Source: a virus (taxonomy: Duplodnaviria; Caudoviricetes). Taken from it: DNA of 64,000 bases. The notes beneath the pieces are model-generated. The model did no database searches, was not told where the DNA came from, and worked only from the letters and a program-made list of their open reading frames with translations. The translations under genes were made by a program, and so were the position numbers. This document shows, piece after piece, positions 9,882 to 20,406 of the stretch. The number at the start of each line of letters is the position of its first letter. Positions within the stretch are counted from its first letter, which is position 1. The stretch is taken from IMG/VR virus record IMGVR_UViG_3300037501_000255; one strand, written 5' to 3'.

Positions 9882-12800
9882 TTAACCTCTGGTTCTCAAT
9901 TGTGGAATAGCTTTATATGAAATATAGTCTATGAATAAATCCATGTCGTTTGCGCCGGCGGTATTTGATTCTACCTGCGCAAATACATGCACCTGATCTG
10001 TGTCCATGTATAATGAGGCGCCCGACACGCTGTGTTCCAGCACATCATTTATGTAGAAATTTATGTCTGTGCGTGCGCCGATCGTGAAGTACGTCCGCAT
10101 CTCGATAGATAGTCGTGTCCACTCAGAAGTATCCGCTGTGCCGGTATCGGTGTTGTACCACACGGTACCGTTGTCAGATACCCTTGCGAACCAGTTGCCG
10201 CCGGTACACTCAAACCATACGCCGTGTGTGGGAATAGCATCGCTTACGGTATCTCCGATACCAATCCTAATATCATAATTTGGATCTGCTTGAGAAATTG
10301 GACTCATTTTGATCATTGCATCAAATACTGTAATGGCGGCAGCGAGATTTAAGGCCCCCTGTTGGCTATAGAGTATGGCGTAATTGGTCGCGGACGTGCA
10401 TGGCACATTGAGTTTGACTACTCCAAATGTCTGTTCTGTACATTGGGTTGTATCCAGCGTCACCGTGCTGCCGGTCACGGCTGTGGTCCACGTGCCGAAG
10501 TTATCTGCAATAAAGTCATCCGAAAATTCGACTATCTTATATGTCCCGCCCCACTCTAGACGACCATTTGAGTCTGTTGCTACCAGTGTATCAAGCCATC
10601 TTTCTGGAGGATTTGTATAGGTAGAACTATCCGATATGTATAGTATCTCTGTTGTATTTCTCTTAATTCTAAGTATATCCTCAGATGTGGACGGGGCATT
10701 TGTAATTTCAAGCATCGCTGTTGGATTATTTAGTCCAATTCCAACTAGACCGGTTGAGCTGACTCGCACACGCTCATTATTGCCGCCAGAGGCAAATATG
10801 AGGTTGCTTTCTGCTCTCAGAGCAAGATCGGCGCCGGTACCGGATGATATTGCTCCGCCACCTCCAGTTCCTAAGTAACCCACAGCAGCGGAACTGCCTG
10901 GTTGGCGAAATGTCATGTATGAGGCGGCAGCGACATCCGCCCCCCATATTGCCCATTGTTGACCAATTGTGTTTACCTGTAATTTTGTCTGAGGGGAATC
11001 CGTCCCCATGCCTATATTTCCATTGTGATCTATGACGATGCCGTTATTTGTTATGCCGGTTGCGTAAGAATTAGAGGTGCCGAGATACAGCTTGCTACCG
11101 CTCCCATCTAAACGTGTATATATTCCAGCCTTGGGTTTGGTTGCGTTGTTATTTTGTGTAGACCAGAATATACCTGGTGTAAAGGACGGGTTAGTATAGT
11201 CAGTCTCGATATTAATACCGGCGTTGGCAATATCCTGAGTGAAGTTCGTCTGTGTGGCGCTTTCGTTGGCGTTATACACGTTTAGAGTTGTATTTGGAGT
11301 TGTCGTATTTATACCGACCAGTCCGGCACTATCTATAATAATTCTTGTATTATTGCCTCCTGTTCTAAGGCGCATGGCATTGTCGCCACCAACATTATAT
11401 ATTATGCCGCCACTAACACTGTTGGATGTCAGTCCAAACAGCAGTCCACTTTCATTGGCATCTGGCGTTAATAGTTGTAAATACCCAGCTCCGGCTCTTT
11501 CAAATGTAGCTATTGCGCCGCTATTTGATGATGCCGATGCATCCGAGGCCATAACATGCAACCTGGTATCCGGAGCGGTGGTGCCTATTCCAACAAATTG
11601 GTTGTGATTTATCGACATGACGCTATTCAGCGTGGTGCTGGAGTCTGCTGTTGTTAGGAATTCTAGCGCGGTACCACCAAGTCCGCTTCTTGCTACGGCC
11701 TGAACTCTTGCCCTGACACCGGATGCTCCGGCACTTGCATCGTTGCCGAACCACTCTAAAGCGCCGACAACATCGCCCGCCGTCCACGATACGTCGTCGT
11801 AGTCAAATCTCAGCAGTGCGCCCAGGGTCGTGCCTGCAGCTGCTGATGCCGAGGAGCGCAGGTGGAGCATAGCCGCAGGCTGGCCTGTACCTATTCCTAT
11901 ATGCCCATCCTCGTCAATTCGCATGCGCTCAACCAGCGTCCCCGATGTAGTGGCCGTATAGAATGTCAATTGTCCAGCTTCGGCATCGTACGGATTGCTT
12001 GCTAAACCTGATATCTTGGCAATACGACGATTTGCGGTGGAGGATAAGTAATTACCGAAAGCCACCAGTCCCAGCTCTGCATCAGGTACAGGAGATGATA
12101 GCATCCGCATGTCTATAGACGGCACATTTGCAAGAGTTGTGTCTTGCATTGTAATGTCGCCGTTGTTTATGAATAATTTAGTTGTAGTATTAATAGAGTC
12201 GTACGGTGACGTACCGCCGATGGCGAGGCGACCGGCTACATAACCGTCGCTTCCAGCACCAAAGTTACGAGCTACATACCCATCCTCTCCTACAATAAGA
12301 TCTTTGGATACTAATACTGTGCCTGAATTTCTATTGTAAATGTCATTACCACTGCGCATCCAATTAGCTGCAGTGTCTGAAGCGAGCGCCCCCACATATA
12401 CGTAACCGTCTACAGTGCCCAATGATAGCGAAAGATTGTCCTCGCTAGTCACTATTCCAGCATAGTAGTCGAATATCCAATCCTGTGAGGCTAGTGGCGG
12501 AACCTCTGCAATTCCATCACGAAGGCGGACGCGGAAATCTGCCCCCAAGAATTCGGGTATAAAATACCCGACTCGCTGCCCTGTCGCATAGACTGTGCCT
12601 GTTAGTGGATTTATTCTGCCCGCCAACTCAGCAGGCACCGCGCCAGTAATTGTGGCCTTATAAGCCTTTCCTGCCGATGAGCCATCCAATACGAGCGGTA
12701 TTGTGACCGCTACAGCGATATTTCCAGCGACTGCCGCAGCGCCCGTGGCAGGTATCGTATCCGCAAATATGGTTTGCGCTGCTAGGCTAAGGCTTGATGC

Positions 12801-12899
12801 CTCGGCTTCATTTACAATATCTTTGGCATTTGATGTATGTGCTTTTCCATACAATCTTTTAAACGCTGCCCTGGCTGCCGTATCATTGGTAAATGTCAT
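9882..12899 (-). CDS. Tail fiber protein
   Basis: 1005 aa with repeated trimeric-fiber motifs (ERMRIDEDGHIGIGTGQP, FVGIGTTAPDTRLHV, LVGINTTTPNTTLNV, NIGMGTDSPQTKLQV, LVGIGLNNPTAMLEI) and a beta-sandwich/lectin-like C-terminus. Confidence 0.8.
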   Translation of the reverse strand: MTFTNDTAARAAFKRLYGKAHTSNAKDIVNEAEASSLSLAAQTIFADTIPATGAAAVAGNIAVAVTIPLVLDGSSAGKAYKATITGAVPAELAGRINPLTGTVYATGQRVGYFIPEFLGADFRVRLRDGIAEVPPLASQDWIFDYYAGIVTSEDNLSLSLGTVDGYVYVGALASDTAANWMRSGNDIYNRNSGTVLVSKDLIVGEDGYVARNFGAGSDGYVAGRLAIGGTSPYDSINTTTKLFINNGDITMQDTTLANVPSIDMRMLSSPVPDAELGLVAFGNYLSSTANRRIAKISGLASNPYDAEAGQLTFYTATTSGTLVERMRIDEDGHIGIGTGQPAAMLHLRSSASAAAGTTLGALLRFDYDDVSWTAGDVVGALEWFGNDASAGASGVRARVQAVARSGLGGTALEFLTTADSSTTLNSVMSINHNQFVGIGTTAPDTRLHVMASDASASSNSGAIATFERAGAGYLQLLTPDANESGLLFGLTSNSVSGGIIYNVGGDNAMRLRTGGNNTRIIIDSAGLVGINTTTPNTTLNVYNANESATQTNFTQDIANAGINIETDYTNPSFTPGIFWSTQNNNATKPKAGIYTRLDGSGSKLYLGTSNSYATGITNNGIVIDHNGNIGMGTDSPQTKLQVNTIGQQWAIWGADVAAASYMTFRQPGSSAAVGYLGTGGGGAISSGTGADLALRAESNLIFASGGNNERVRVSSTGLVGIGLNNPTAMLEITNAPSTSEDILRIKRNTTEILYISDSSTYTNPPERWLDTLVATDSNGRLEWGGTYKIVEFSDDFIADNFGTWTTAVTGSTVTLDTTQCTEQTFGVVKLNVPCTSATNYAILYSQQGALNLAAAITVFDAMIKMSPISQADPNYDIRIGIGDTVSDAIPTHGVWFECTGGNWFARVSDNGTVWYNTDTGTADTSEWTRLSIEMRTYFTIGARTDINFYINDVLEHSVSGASLYMDTDQVHVFAQVESNTAGANDMDLFIDYISYKAIPQLRTRG

Positions 12900-12907
12900 C
12901 TATAACC

Positions 12908-14998
12908 TCATGCCGCCGTAACTGAGATGTTTGAGATATTCGCCGTCCAGCCGGACGGCACCGTTATGCGCAAAATTACCGCGTTGCCACTGGTGGAAGT
13001 TGACTTGCTGCCCAGTGTCATGCCCCACGCAGTATACGCAGTATTTCCATATGTGGCTGCATGACATCCAATAGCATTGTCACTTGTGTAGGCTACCAAC
13101 GCATCTTTAAATTCTATAGAAACTCCATTAGAGGTTGTGTTTGGTGCGAGCAGCTCTACATTTGCGTCTCCTGTGCCGAGAGATAGTCCTGACGCTACGG
13201 TCTTGAAGTTAGCACCTGAGTGTGCTATATTTAGCACAAAATTCTGTGTGGCGGAGGAAAAGTAGAAGTATCTCCAGTACGTCCTGACGCCTAAGGCTAC
13301 GCTGTAGTTGGGGTTACCGGCTGGACCATTTGCTATGATAGAGAAATCTCCGGAGTTTACAACAGCGGAGGCGCTTGGATAGTATAGACTACCGTCATAC
13401 ACTAATAATCCATCACTGTACCCGGGCGTCGCACCGACGATTGATGTGGTTGAGCTCCATAGGCCGGCGCCGCCGACTGTAAAGCCAGTCGTATCCGTGA
13501 GAGACCTATTAGATGGTACGCGGTAGGTTTCGCCGTCAAATACTTCGTTTGTTGCAGATGCTGTGTCTGCAACTGAATTCAGTAATAGAAATGATTGTGT
13601 AGATCCTGTGCTAATTACGGCACCCTGTACGGTGCGCAGGGTTGATGTTCGGGCTGTAATCTGCCCGTTATGCAACTTGGGCGCAGTGATCGTCACCGTC
13701 TTTGCGACATTGAATGTACTTGCTTCGTATGGCGAGCCTGGTAACGCTGGAATAGCGGATGCTGATGCCGAACAATTGATGCTGGAGCTGTGTGTAACGG
13801 CCGATGATGATGAGCTGTATGTATTTCTATAGGCATTTTGTACGGTCACCGCGTAAGAGGCTGTGCCTCCTGTATGGTATTGAACGCCCGACAGATATTT
13901 TGACCCAGTCATAACTAGGCCGGTTAGAGATTCTGATGCATAGGCTGTAGCTGTGACGGCATCATCTATTACCCATTCAAATACATTTGTAGCATATGTG
14001 ATCATGCCTATAATGTGCCGTATCTCTACATAATTGTATCCATTCTGTTCATGTGCAGTGGATACGGTCCACGTGCCGGTGCGGTATTTGAAAATTGAAA
14101 ATGGCGTGCCGTTAGGAAAACTGATGGGTGTCGCCGCACTCAAAGAAAACCCAGTTCCACTTGTTGTGGACGTGCCAGAACCGAATGTCGACAGATCTAC
14201 AGAGTGAATTAGTAAACCATTTACGTGTATTTCCAAAAATCCTTGATCTGCATTTCCAAAGGCGTTGGCCGGATATGATGGTGTCGGTGAGCCGGGGCCG
14301 GCCACTACAGACGCCGCGAGAGTTCCGGTTTTACTACCAAATGTAGAGGCATATATTCCTCGCCTATGTGTGCTGCCATTTGGAAAAGTGCCGTTTACAT
14401 CAAGCGCGCCTTCGCCACTGATGTTGCCTACATTTACATATCCTGCTATTGTGTTTGATGCGCCGAATGACAGATTACCAGCTGCGCCTGCCACAGTGTC
14501 CCACGAGATGTTGCTGAGTGCCGGAGCTGGAGATGGCGCCAATTCTTTCATAACTTCATTAAATCTATCCACCGCTGTTCCAACTGGAGTTGTTGCAGTG
14601 AAATCGGTAAATAAGCCATCTGCATAGCTCCCGTCCTCTGCTGCACCGATCGCATTTGTTGAGGAAATAGGTAGTGTCGTTATAGTTATATACAACTCCC
14701 TAAGCGCATCCTCGACATTGGTTGCTACAAAATATCCATCTAGGTCTGCTATACTTATTTGATAGGCGGATAGCGACATTATGTACGCTACTATGGTATT
14801 TATAAGCGCATCAATATTGTCTAACCTGTCTTTTGTCGTGCCGAACGTGCCGCTAGGATTTGTTCCGAGCTCGTTTTCTATAGCCAAGATGGCATTGCGC
14901 AGACGATTGTGATCGTCTGCCAGTACCGGGCTGATTAAATCAAAAACCAGTGGTAATGTGACTGTGGTATCTATAGAAACTGGGTACTGTGTAGCCAT
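12908..14998 (-). CDS. Virion structural protein with shared fiber-anchor N-terminal domain
   Basis: 696 aa, Ser/Thr/Gly-rich and beta-rich. N-terminus MATQYPVSIDTTVTLPLVFDLISPVLADDHNRLRNAILAIENELGTNP matches three other fiber N-termini. Confidence 0.7.
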   Translation of the reverse strand: MATQYPVSIDTTVTLPLVFDLISPVLADDHNRLRNAILAIENELGTNPSGTFGTTKDRLDNIDALINTIVAYIMSLSAYQISIADLDGYFVATNVEDALRELYITITTLPISSTNAIGAAEDGSYADGLFTDFTATTPVGTAVDRFNEVMKELAPSPAPALSNISWDTVAGAAGNLSFGASNTIAGYVNVGNISGEGALDVNGTFPNGSTHRRGIYASTFGSKTGTLAASVVAGPGSPTPSYPANAFGNADQGFLEIHVNGLLIHSVDLSTFGSGTSTTSGTGFSLSAATPISFPNGTPFSIFKYRTGTWTVSTAHEQNGYNYVEIRHIIGMITYATNVFEWVIDDAVTATAYASESLTGLVMTGSKYLSGVQYHTGGTASYAVTVQNAYRNTYSSSSSAVTHSSSINCSASASAIPALPGSPYEASTFNVAKTVTITAPKLHNGQITARTSTLRTVQGAVISTGSTQSFLLLNSVADTASATNEVFDGETYRVPSNRSLTDTTGFTVGGAGLWSSTTSIVGATPGYSDGLLVYDGSLYYPSASAVVNSGDFSIIANGPAGNPNYSVALGVRTYWRYFYFSSATQNFVLNIAHSGANFKTVASGLSLGTGDANVELLAPNTTSNGVSIEFKDALVAYTSDNAIGCHAATYGNTAYTAWGMTLGSKSTSTSGNAVILRITVPSGWTANISNISVTAA

Positions 14999-15027
14999 TC
15001 TAGCCCCTCGATACCACTATTCTTTAA

Positions 15028-15035
15028 TATTGATA
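15028..15035 (-). promoter_or_regulatory. Candidate late promoter TATCAATA
   Basis: 30 nt upstream of 12908-14998. Confidence 0.45.
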
Positions 15036-15038
15036 TGG

Positions 15039-17111
15039 CTATAGTGGCCCGAATGCTAGGAATCGTGACTCGCCGTAAGCGACATTCGCGTGAGTCATAT
15101 CGAATAGTATGTAGTTATTTCCCAGCAGCATCACATAGTCCTCGGCGGCGGCCGAACCGGTCGTATCGACGACGTATACCCCATTCAGCTGACCTCGAAC
15201 TTCAGTGCCCGAATGACTGTAATCTGTACCATTATGAGTTACACTGCTCCATGGACCACGAATCACCATGGGCCACAGCATATATTGCGATGTTCGAGAT
15301 TCTTCGGCTGATTGATTAGTTATCTCTGTCTTGGTTGGACAGCCGAATCGATACATTTGTGGCACCAGTCCACTTGTGGCGTTTGATAGGGTTGTATTAA
15401 CATGATTGTTCATATGTATGGTGTTCGAACGATAGCTAGTAACGCCTACGGGCTGCAGGTCTATTCCAACTCTGGCCCCTGATGGGTAGTTGTGGTTTAT
15501 CTTGGCTAGCGTAATGTTATTGCCACTCTTTGCTATTACCGTGGTTTGTTCGTGGGCAGCAAAGTGACGCGTCACTCCATCTAGACCCACCCGAGTTATA
15601 GGTGATGTTGGTGTGTTGGCTAGATCTGCAATGAATATTTTTTGACCAACTGTTATACCAGAAGCATCAGTAAGAGTTACCGTCTGATTTACCCCTGCAC
15701 CGACCGTCGTGGTCGTGGCTGTGTATGCTCTGCTATAGTAGCTACTTATTAGCCCGGCGTATATGAAGTCATACTGTGATAGTGAGTTTTTCGTTACCAA
15801 AATTATTCTATCAGCCGAACCTATAAACCAGAAGTTTGTTGTTGGGCCTTCGTCAGAAATTTCAGCAAAACAGTTTTGCTTATATCCTATATGGCAATCT
15901 CCGCCGCTAGCATTTTCGGGGGCGGCAAAAATACTGGTCGTTGACCAGGAGTTTGAAGCTACGCTGTAACGACGCACATCTCTACCAGAGCCAGATGCGT
16001 CGGAAATGGTATGGTAGAATATGAATTCGTTGTCGTAATTCCATATACGGGCACCCTGCAGGGCTGCGGTAAATGGTAGGGCCGCTGCTGCAGTCCATAC
16101 TCCACTAGGAGTTCCATCTGGATTTATATTGAGATAGAAAAATTGAGTGGTGGAGTCACCGCGCATGAAATATAGGCGATCAAATGCCAGGCCATTAGCC
16201 GATGTCTTTTTGATGAAGATTAGGCCATTGCTATATGTAGTGGAGGTGCCTACGCTAGGTCCTGCAGTCCATACTCCGGTTGGTATGTCATACACACCGA
16301 AGTTGGAACCATTCTGCCCTTGGAAGAAGTATAGTTTATTTCTGCCATCCCAAGCTGATACACCGCCGGCGCCGGAGCCGCCCCACGATGGATTCGCCAT
16401 GTATGTCCATGAGTCGGCTGTTATATCATAACTGCCAAACTGAAGTCCGCTCGTGTTGCTCTCGAATGTGGCGAATATATATGGTTTTTTATCTACTGTA
16501 CTTACACAGTAAACTGGAGCAAATATACGTAGTGATGATGGCTGCGACGCCAATTGGTAGGCCGTAAAGTTGTTTAGATCATGTCTAAAAAATGCACTAT
16601 TAAAATTTGTGTACACATTGTGTGCGCCATCAAAAGTTGACCTACCCACCGTAATGCCAGGATAATCATAGTTATTTGATGCAGTGTATCCTGGCTGTAC
16701 ATAGAATGTGTATATTGAATTTCCAGGATCTATAAAGCTGCTTTGAGCATCAGTAAAGTACATGTAATTAGCCTTCTGAAAGATGTCTACTGGGCCAATT
16801 ACTCCTGCCTCTCCGTACCCATCAAGCGTTGCGCTATTAAAGCTGGTATATGTCCGAAATGCTATGCTGTTGGCATATCCGTCGCCCAGTGGTGTTTTAC
16901 GTAGGATCCCGCCATTTACATTGGGGGATTCTAGGCCGGCAGTCATGCGCAAGAATATCTGCTCCGTGCCCGACGTGCCAGCCGAGAAGTATACTTTATC
17001 GCGAGCTGAGATCGTTGCGTGCGTAGACCAGCCAGGTGTAGCAAGAATATAGCCATCTATGGTATTGAAGGCATGGTTTGAATTTTGAAATGTTCCTGAA
17101 TAGCTAGTCAT
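15039..17111 (-). CDS. Virion protein with Kelch-like beta-propeller (paralog A)
   Basis: Kelch-type blades (WDGRNKLYFFQGQNGSNFGVYDIPTGVWT; LYFMRGDSTTQF; RRYSVASNSWS). N- and C-terminal domains are shared with 17118-19223. Confidence 0.7.
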   Translation of the reverse strand: MTSYSGTFQNSNHAFNTIDGYILATPGWSTHATISARDKVYFSAGTSGTEQIFLRMTAGLESPNVNGGILRKTPLGDGYANSIAFRTYTSFNSATLDGYGEAGVIGPVDIFQKANYMYFTDAQSSFIDPGNSIYTFYVQPGYTASNNYDYPGITVGRSTFDGAHNVYTNFNSAFFRHDLNNFTAYQLASQPSSLRIFAPVYCVSTVDKKPYIFATFESNTSGLQFGSYDITADSWTYMANPSWGGSGAGGVSAWDGRNKLYFFQGQNGSNFGVYDIPTGVWTAGPSVGTSTTYSNGLIFIKKTSANGLAFDRLYFMRGDSTTQFFYLNINPDGTPSGVWTAAAALPFTAALQGARIWNYDNEFIFYHTISDASGSGRDVRRYSVASNSWSTTSIFAAPENASGGDCHIGYKQNCFAEISDEGPTTNFWFIGSADRIILVTKNSLSQYDFIYAGLISSYYSRAYTATTTTVGAGVNQTVTLTDASGITVGQKIFIADLANTPTSPITRVGLDGVTRHFAAHEQTTVIAKSGNNITLAKINHNYPSGARVGIDLQPVGVTSYRSNTIHMNNHVNTTLSNATSGLVPQMYRFGCPTKTEITNQSAEESRTSQYMLWPMVIRGPWSSVTHNGTDYSHSGTEVRGQLNGVYVVDTTGSAAAEDYVMLLGNNYILFDMTHANVAYGESRFLAFGPL

Positions 17112-17117
17112 AATCCC

Positions 17118-19223
17118 TCAAAGTATGGGTCCGACAATAGAGTATCTGGTATCTGACATGCCAATAAGATCGAATAGAAGGTAGTTCTGTCCGCCAATAT
17201 TGATGATATCCTCAGATGTTCCCCTGCCGTTACCGCAGGAGTACATGCCAATTAATTGACCTCTGACTTCCTTGCCGGAAAATCTGTTTCCAGTCCCCTC
17301 AGTAAATACTAAGTATGGCCACAGCGTGAATTCGCCGGTACGATCGTTGACATCTGTCAGTGCAGTATACTCCGCGGTGACGCCAGGTTCATATACATAT
17401 ACCTGCTCTGCTGGATCCCCGGAAGCCAAGTTATTTCCCACTCCTACGCCGGGCGTGTTTACGCAGTTAAGTGCCATCGCATAACGAGTCATGGCAGCTG
17501 TTGCAATAACAGCCTGTATATCGAAACCAATCAGTGAGTTGGTTGGATAGTCGTTCTTTAGCTCGGCCAATGTAATGCTGGTGCCGGGATTTATAGCTGT
17601 AATTTGCGTATGCTCGTTTTTTATTACATTTTGCGTAATATTTTGTATGGTTCCGGTAACTGCAGTCGGCGATCCTCGATCTATATCGCATATGTATATG
17701 CGCTGACCAACAGTAAATTGTGAAGTGCTGGCCACAGGAACAACCTGATTTACCCCGGCCCCTACAGCCGACGTTGTGCGCACCTGAGTGGTATCATCAT
17801 AGAAACTGTCTATTCTACCGATATAGCAATGATGGTATTTTCCTGATAGGCTTTTCGTAACAACAATCAACCTATCTTTGTTTACTATTATCCAATATTT
17901 TTGCTGTTCATTCGCGAAGGCTCGCACTCTGGCCTGATTACAGTAGTGCGTGTGTATGGTAGACGATTCGTTTATGTCTGCCCACATATAATTTACGCCC
18001 GCCAGAGTCCAGGATGCCGTCCCAGCCGGCGTTATATCCTGGTAATAGAATTCGCGACCTGTAGAACCTGCATCAGCTGCGCTGTACAGCAGTCTGCCAT
18101 AACCATCAAATTCCAAACCTGAGCCGCCGGATGGTGTGAGCGGCAGCGATGTCGCCGTTTGCCACGTGGGGGCATAGCCACCTACAGGCAATCCTGTGTC
18201 CTGTAGATCTATAAAATAGAGTTGTGATCCATTTATACCGCGATTTACATACAGTCTGTGATTAGTTATGCCGCCAGCGCCCTTTGGAACAATTGCAGCC
18301 CTGCTACCACGAGTATGTACCGTCGCTGGAAGTGCCGTAATCGAATTCCATGTATCAGTTACAATATCATATACTGCTACATTCGTATTGCCACCATCAT
18401 TAAAGTCCCCGCGTACAACATATACATATCTACCAATCGCTGCAGAACCGCGTTGGTTGTTACCATAACCCCACGGTACGTTTGATAGTTTGGTGCCGGA
18501 TATTAAAGTGCCTTCTTCATCAAATTCGTATTTATAGTATTGCGAGCCCGATGTGGCGCTGTTATAACTCGCAATTACCGCAAATCTATCGCGCTCTCTG
18601 ATATATCCGCTTGCGATAGCTCCTCCGCCATCAAACCCAAACATATAAATATTTTCACCGGTAGATATGTTGTACTTATAGAAGTTACCTTGCGCGAAGT
18701 AGTATATGAAATTCTTACCATCAAATACTGCGTTGCGTACATTAGCTTCTAGTCTACGATCGCGATTATCGCCGCCGGTGACATCGCCCCGCATATCTGT
18801 CCAACGTGAATCTCCAGATACACCGGTACGTAAATTACTCCAACGAATATCTGTGCTATTTTGTCCAACGTTTGCATACAAGCGTGGCCCAAATTTTCCT
18901 ATTTCCCCATACCCATCTACGGCTGGATTTGTGCCGCCAGAGTTAAAGTATTGGTAAGCATAGAAGTTCACATAGTCTGAGTATCCGTCCTCATCTAGAA
19001 TTTGAGGCCATCCCATATTCCACTTTTGCAGGTCTTCTATTCTATGTGCAACTCTGATGTAGTTGAAAGCGTATCCATCTTCTCCCGTAGAGAAGTATAC
19101 TCGATCTGAACTGTCGACTATAGTGGATTGCACTGACCAGCCGGATGCTATCATTGAGCTATCTATAGCATCCCACAGCGTCTGCGGGTGGTAGAATGTG
19201 CCTGATGAGAAGTAATTTGTCAT
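17118..19223 (-). CDS. Virion protein with Kelch-like beta-propeller (paralog B)
   Basis: Kelch blades (IGRYVYVVRGDFNDGGNTNVAVYDIVTDTWNSITALP). Shares DRVYFSTG, DGYGEIG and GKEVRGQLIG...NYLLFD with paralog A. Confidence 0.7.
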   Translation of the reverse strand: MTNYFSSGTFYHPQTLWDAIDSSMIASGWSVQSTIVDSSDRVYFSTGEDGYAFNYIRVAHRIEDLQKWNMGWPQILDEDGYSDYVNFYAYQYFNSGGTNPAVDGYGEIGKFGPRLYANVGQNSTDIRWSNLRTGVSGDSRWTDMRGDVTGGDNRDRRLEANVRNAVFDGKNFIYYFAQGNFYKYNISTGENIYMFGFDGGGAIASGYIRERDRFAVIASYNSATSGSQYYKYEFDEEGTLISGTKLSNVPWGYGNNQRGSAAIGRYVYVVRGDFNDGGNTNVAVYDIVTDTWNSITALPATVHTRGSRAAIVPKGAGGITNHRLYVNRGINGSQLYFIDLQDTGLPVGGYAPTWQTATSLPLTPSGGSGLEFDGYGRLLYSAADAGSTGREFYYQDITPAGTASWTLAGVNYMWADINESSTIHTHYCNQARVRAFANEQQKYWIIVNKDRLIVVTKSLSGKYHHCYIGRIDSFYDDTTQVRTTSAVGAGVNQVVPVASTSQFTVGQRIYICDIDRGSPTAVTGTIQNITQNVIKNEHTQITAINPGTSITLAELKNDYPTNSLIGFDIQAVIATAAMTRYAMALNCVNTPGVGVGNNLASGDPAEQVYVYEPGVTAEYTALTDVNDRTGEFTLWPYLVFTEGTGNRFSGKEVRGQLIGMYSCGNGRGTSEDIINIGGQNYLLFDLIGMSDTRYSIVGPIL

Positions 19224-19243
19224 AACTTACCTTTTTTCAATAT

Positions 19244-19251
19244 TATTGATA
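19244..19251 (-). promoter_or_regulatory. Candidate late promoter TATCAATA
   Basis: 21 nt upstream of Kelch paralog B. Confidence 0.45.
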
Positions 19252-19256
19252 GTCAA

Positions 19257-19460
19257 CTACGGCACCAGCGTCCCTAGAAGAGGCTCGAGACTACCTATAG
19301 TTACTGCCTGTATTTGCGCTGGAACCTCAGAAACCGCTGCAATACCCTGTACTGCTTCCAACTGGATTGCGGCGGAAGTTTCAAAAGTGGTTGTATACTC
19401 GCCCTCCTGCAATAGATCGCGTTTCTTTTTCAGAGTAGAATTGGTAGTAGCAGTCATCAT
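19257..19460 (-). CDS. Hypothetical protein
   Basis: 67-aa ORF filling the gap between genes, with SD-like AGGGG. Confidence 0.5.
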   Translation of the reverse strand: MMTATTNSTLKKKRDLLQEGEYTTTFETSAAIQLEAVQGIAAVSEVPAQIQAVTIGSLEPLLGTLVP

Positions 19461-19468
19461 CCCCTCGT

Positions 19469-20263
19469 TTATGGTTGAATCTTGAGTCCTTCTTCTTGAT
19501 TTTTGATAACTTTAGCGCCAAACAGCGGCCCCATAAATGTCGGCATCGGTGATGGCTGCCCCACAATCTGACTTTGAGTATATTCTTGACGAGTGACAGA
19601 GGAGCCGCTTTGTATGAGGGATTCAAAATCAAAATCTAGACTATACAATTGTTCCGTGTGAAAGATCATCCCCTGGCTGCTGCGAATTAGCGCTTCGAAA
19701 GCAAAGTTCTGGCTATACAATTGCGCAGTATGTAAAATAAGCCCGTCTGCGACAAGTTGGCTGTCGTCTATATTTGTTGTTAGTAGTGCAAATCTGCCGC
19801 CAGGATATGAGCCAAAATGTCCAAGGCTATAGTGTGCCATATTTGATCCTGTGGTATATTGCCACGCCTGCGTGGCCGAAATATGATTGCCATTATCTTC
19901 GGCATATGCAGTGGCAGATATGTTTGTATTGGGATTTGATAGGCGCGTAGCAGAAGATGGCGTGTATGATGTGGCTGTGTTCACTACTCTAACTACCCAT
20001 CCGATATGATCGTCAAAATATCCAATATGCTTAGAGTAACTGTATCCGTCTACAGCTACTCCAGAATTAATTACAGAGCCGCCTTTCCAACTTAGATTAA
20101 GAGAGTTGAAGTTGATATTTAGTGCGCTACCTCCGGCAATATGTATTCCGAAAATGAGATCCGCATCTCTGGCTGCGGCGCCTTCAAAGTCGTATGGTGA
20201 TAGTGGGGTAATAGTGAGCGTGCCGTAGTCCGGGCGTGCGCCGAAGAAAATAAATAGTGGCAT
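19469..20263 (-). CDS. Putative virion structural protein
   Basis: Probable start MPLFIFFG at 20263 (SD GGGGG). Beta-rich, with internal repeat QLYSQNFAFEALIRS / QLYSLDFDFESLIQS. 1 DGY. Confidence 0.6.
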   Translation of the reverse strand: MPLFIFFGARPDYGTLTITPLSPYDFEGAAARDADLIFGIHIAGGSALNINFNSLNLSWKGGSVINSGVAVDGYSYSKHIGYFDDHIGWVVRVVNTATSYTPSSATRLSNPNTNISATAYAEDNGNHISATQAWQYTTGSNMAHYSLGHFGSYPGGRFALLTTNIDDSQLVADGLILHTAQLYSQNFAFEALIRSSQGMIFHTEQLYSLDFDFESLIQSGSSVTRQEYTQSQIVGQPSPMPTFMGPLFGAKVIKNQEEGLKIQP

Positions 20264-20406
20264 GCTATACCCCCAGGTATTGCGTAACTGATACATTTAT
20301 TTGCGCATCAGTTATGATCATATTATTATATAGCATTATGCCTCTAACTGCAACATTTGTTGTAATAGCATTTGCTTCACTATAACCCAAGAAATTGCAG
20401 CGCCTA

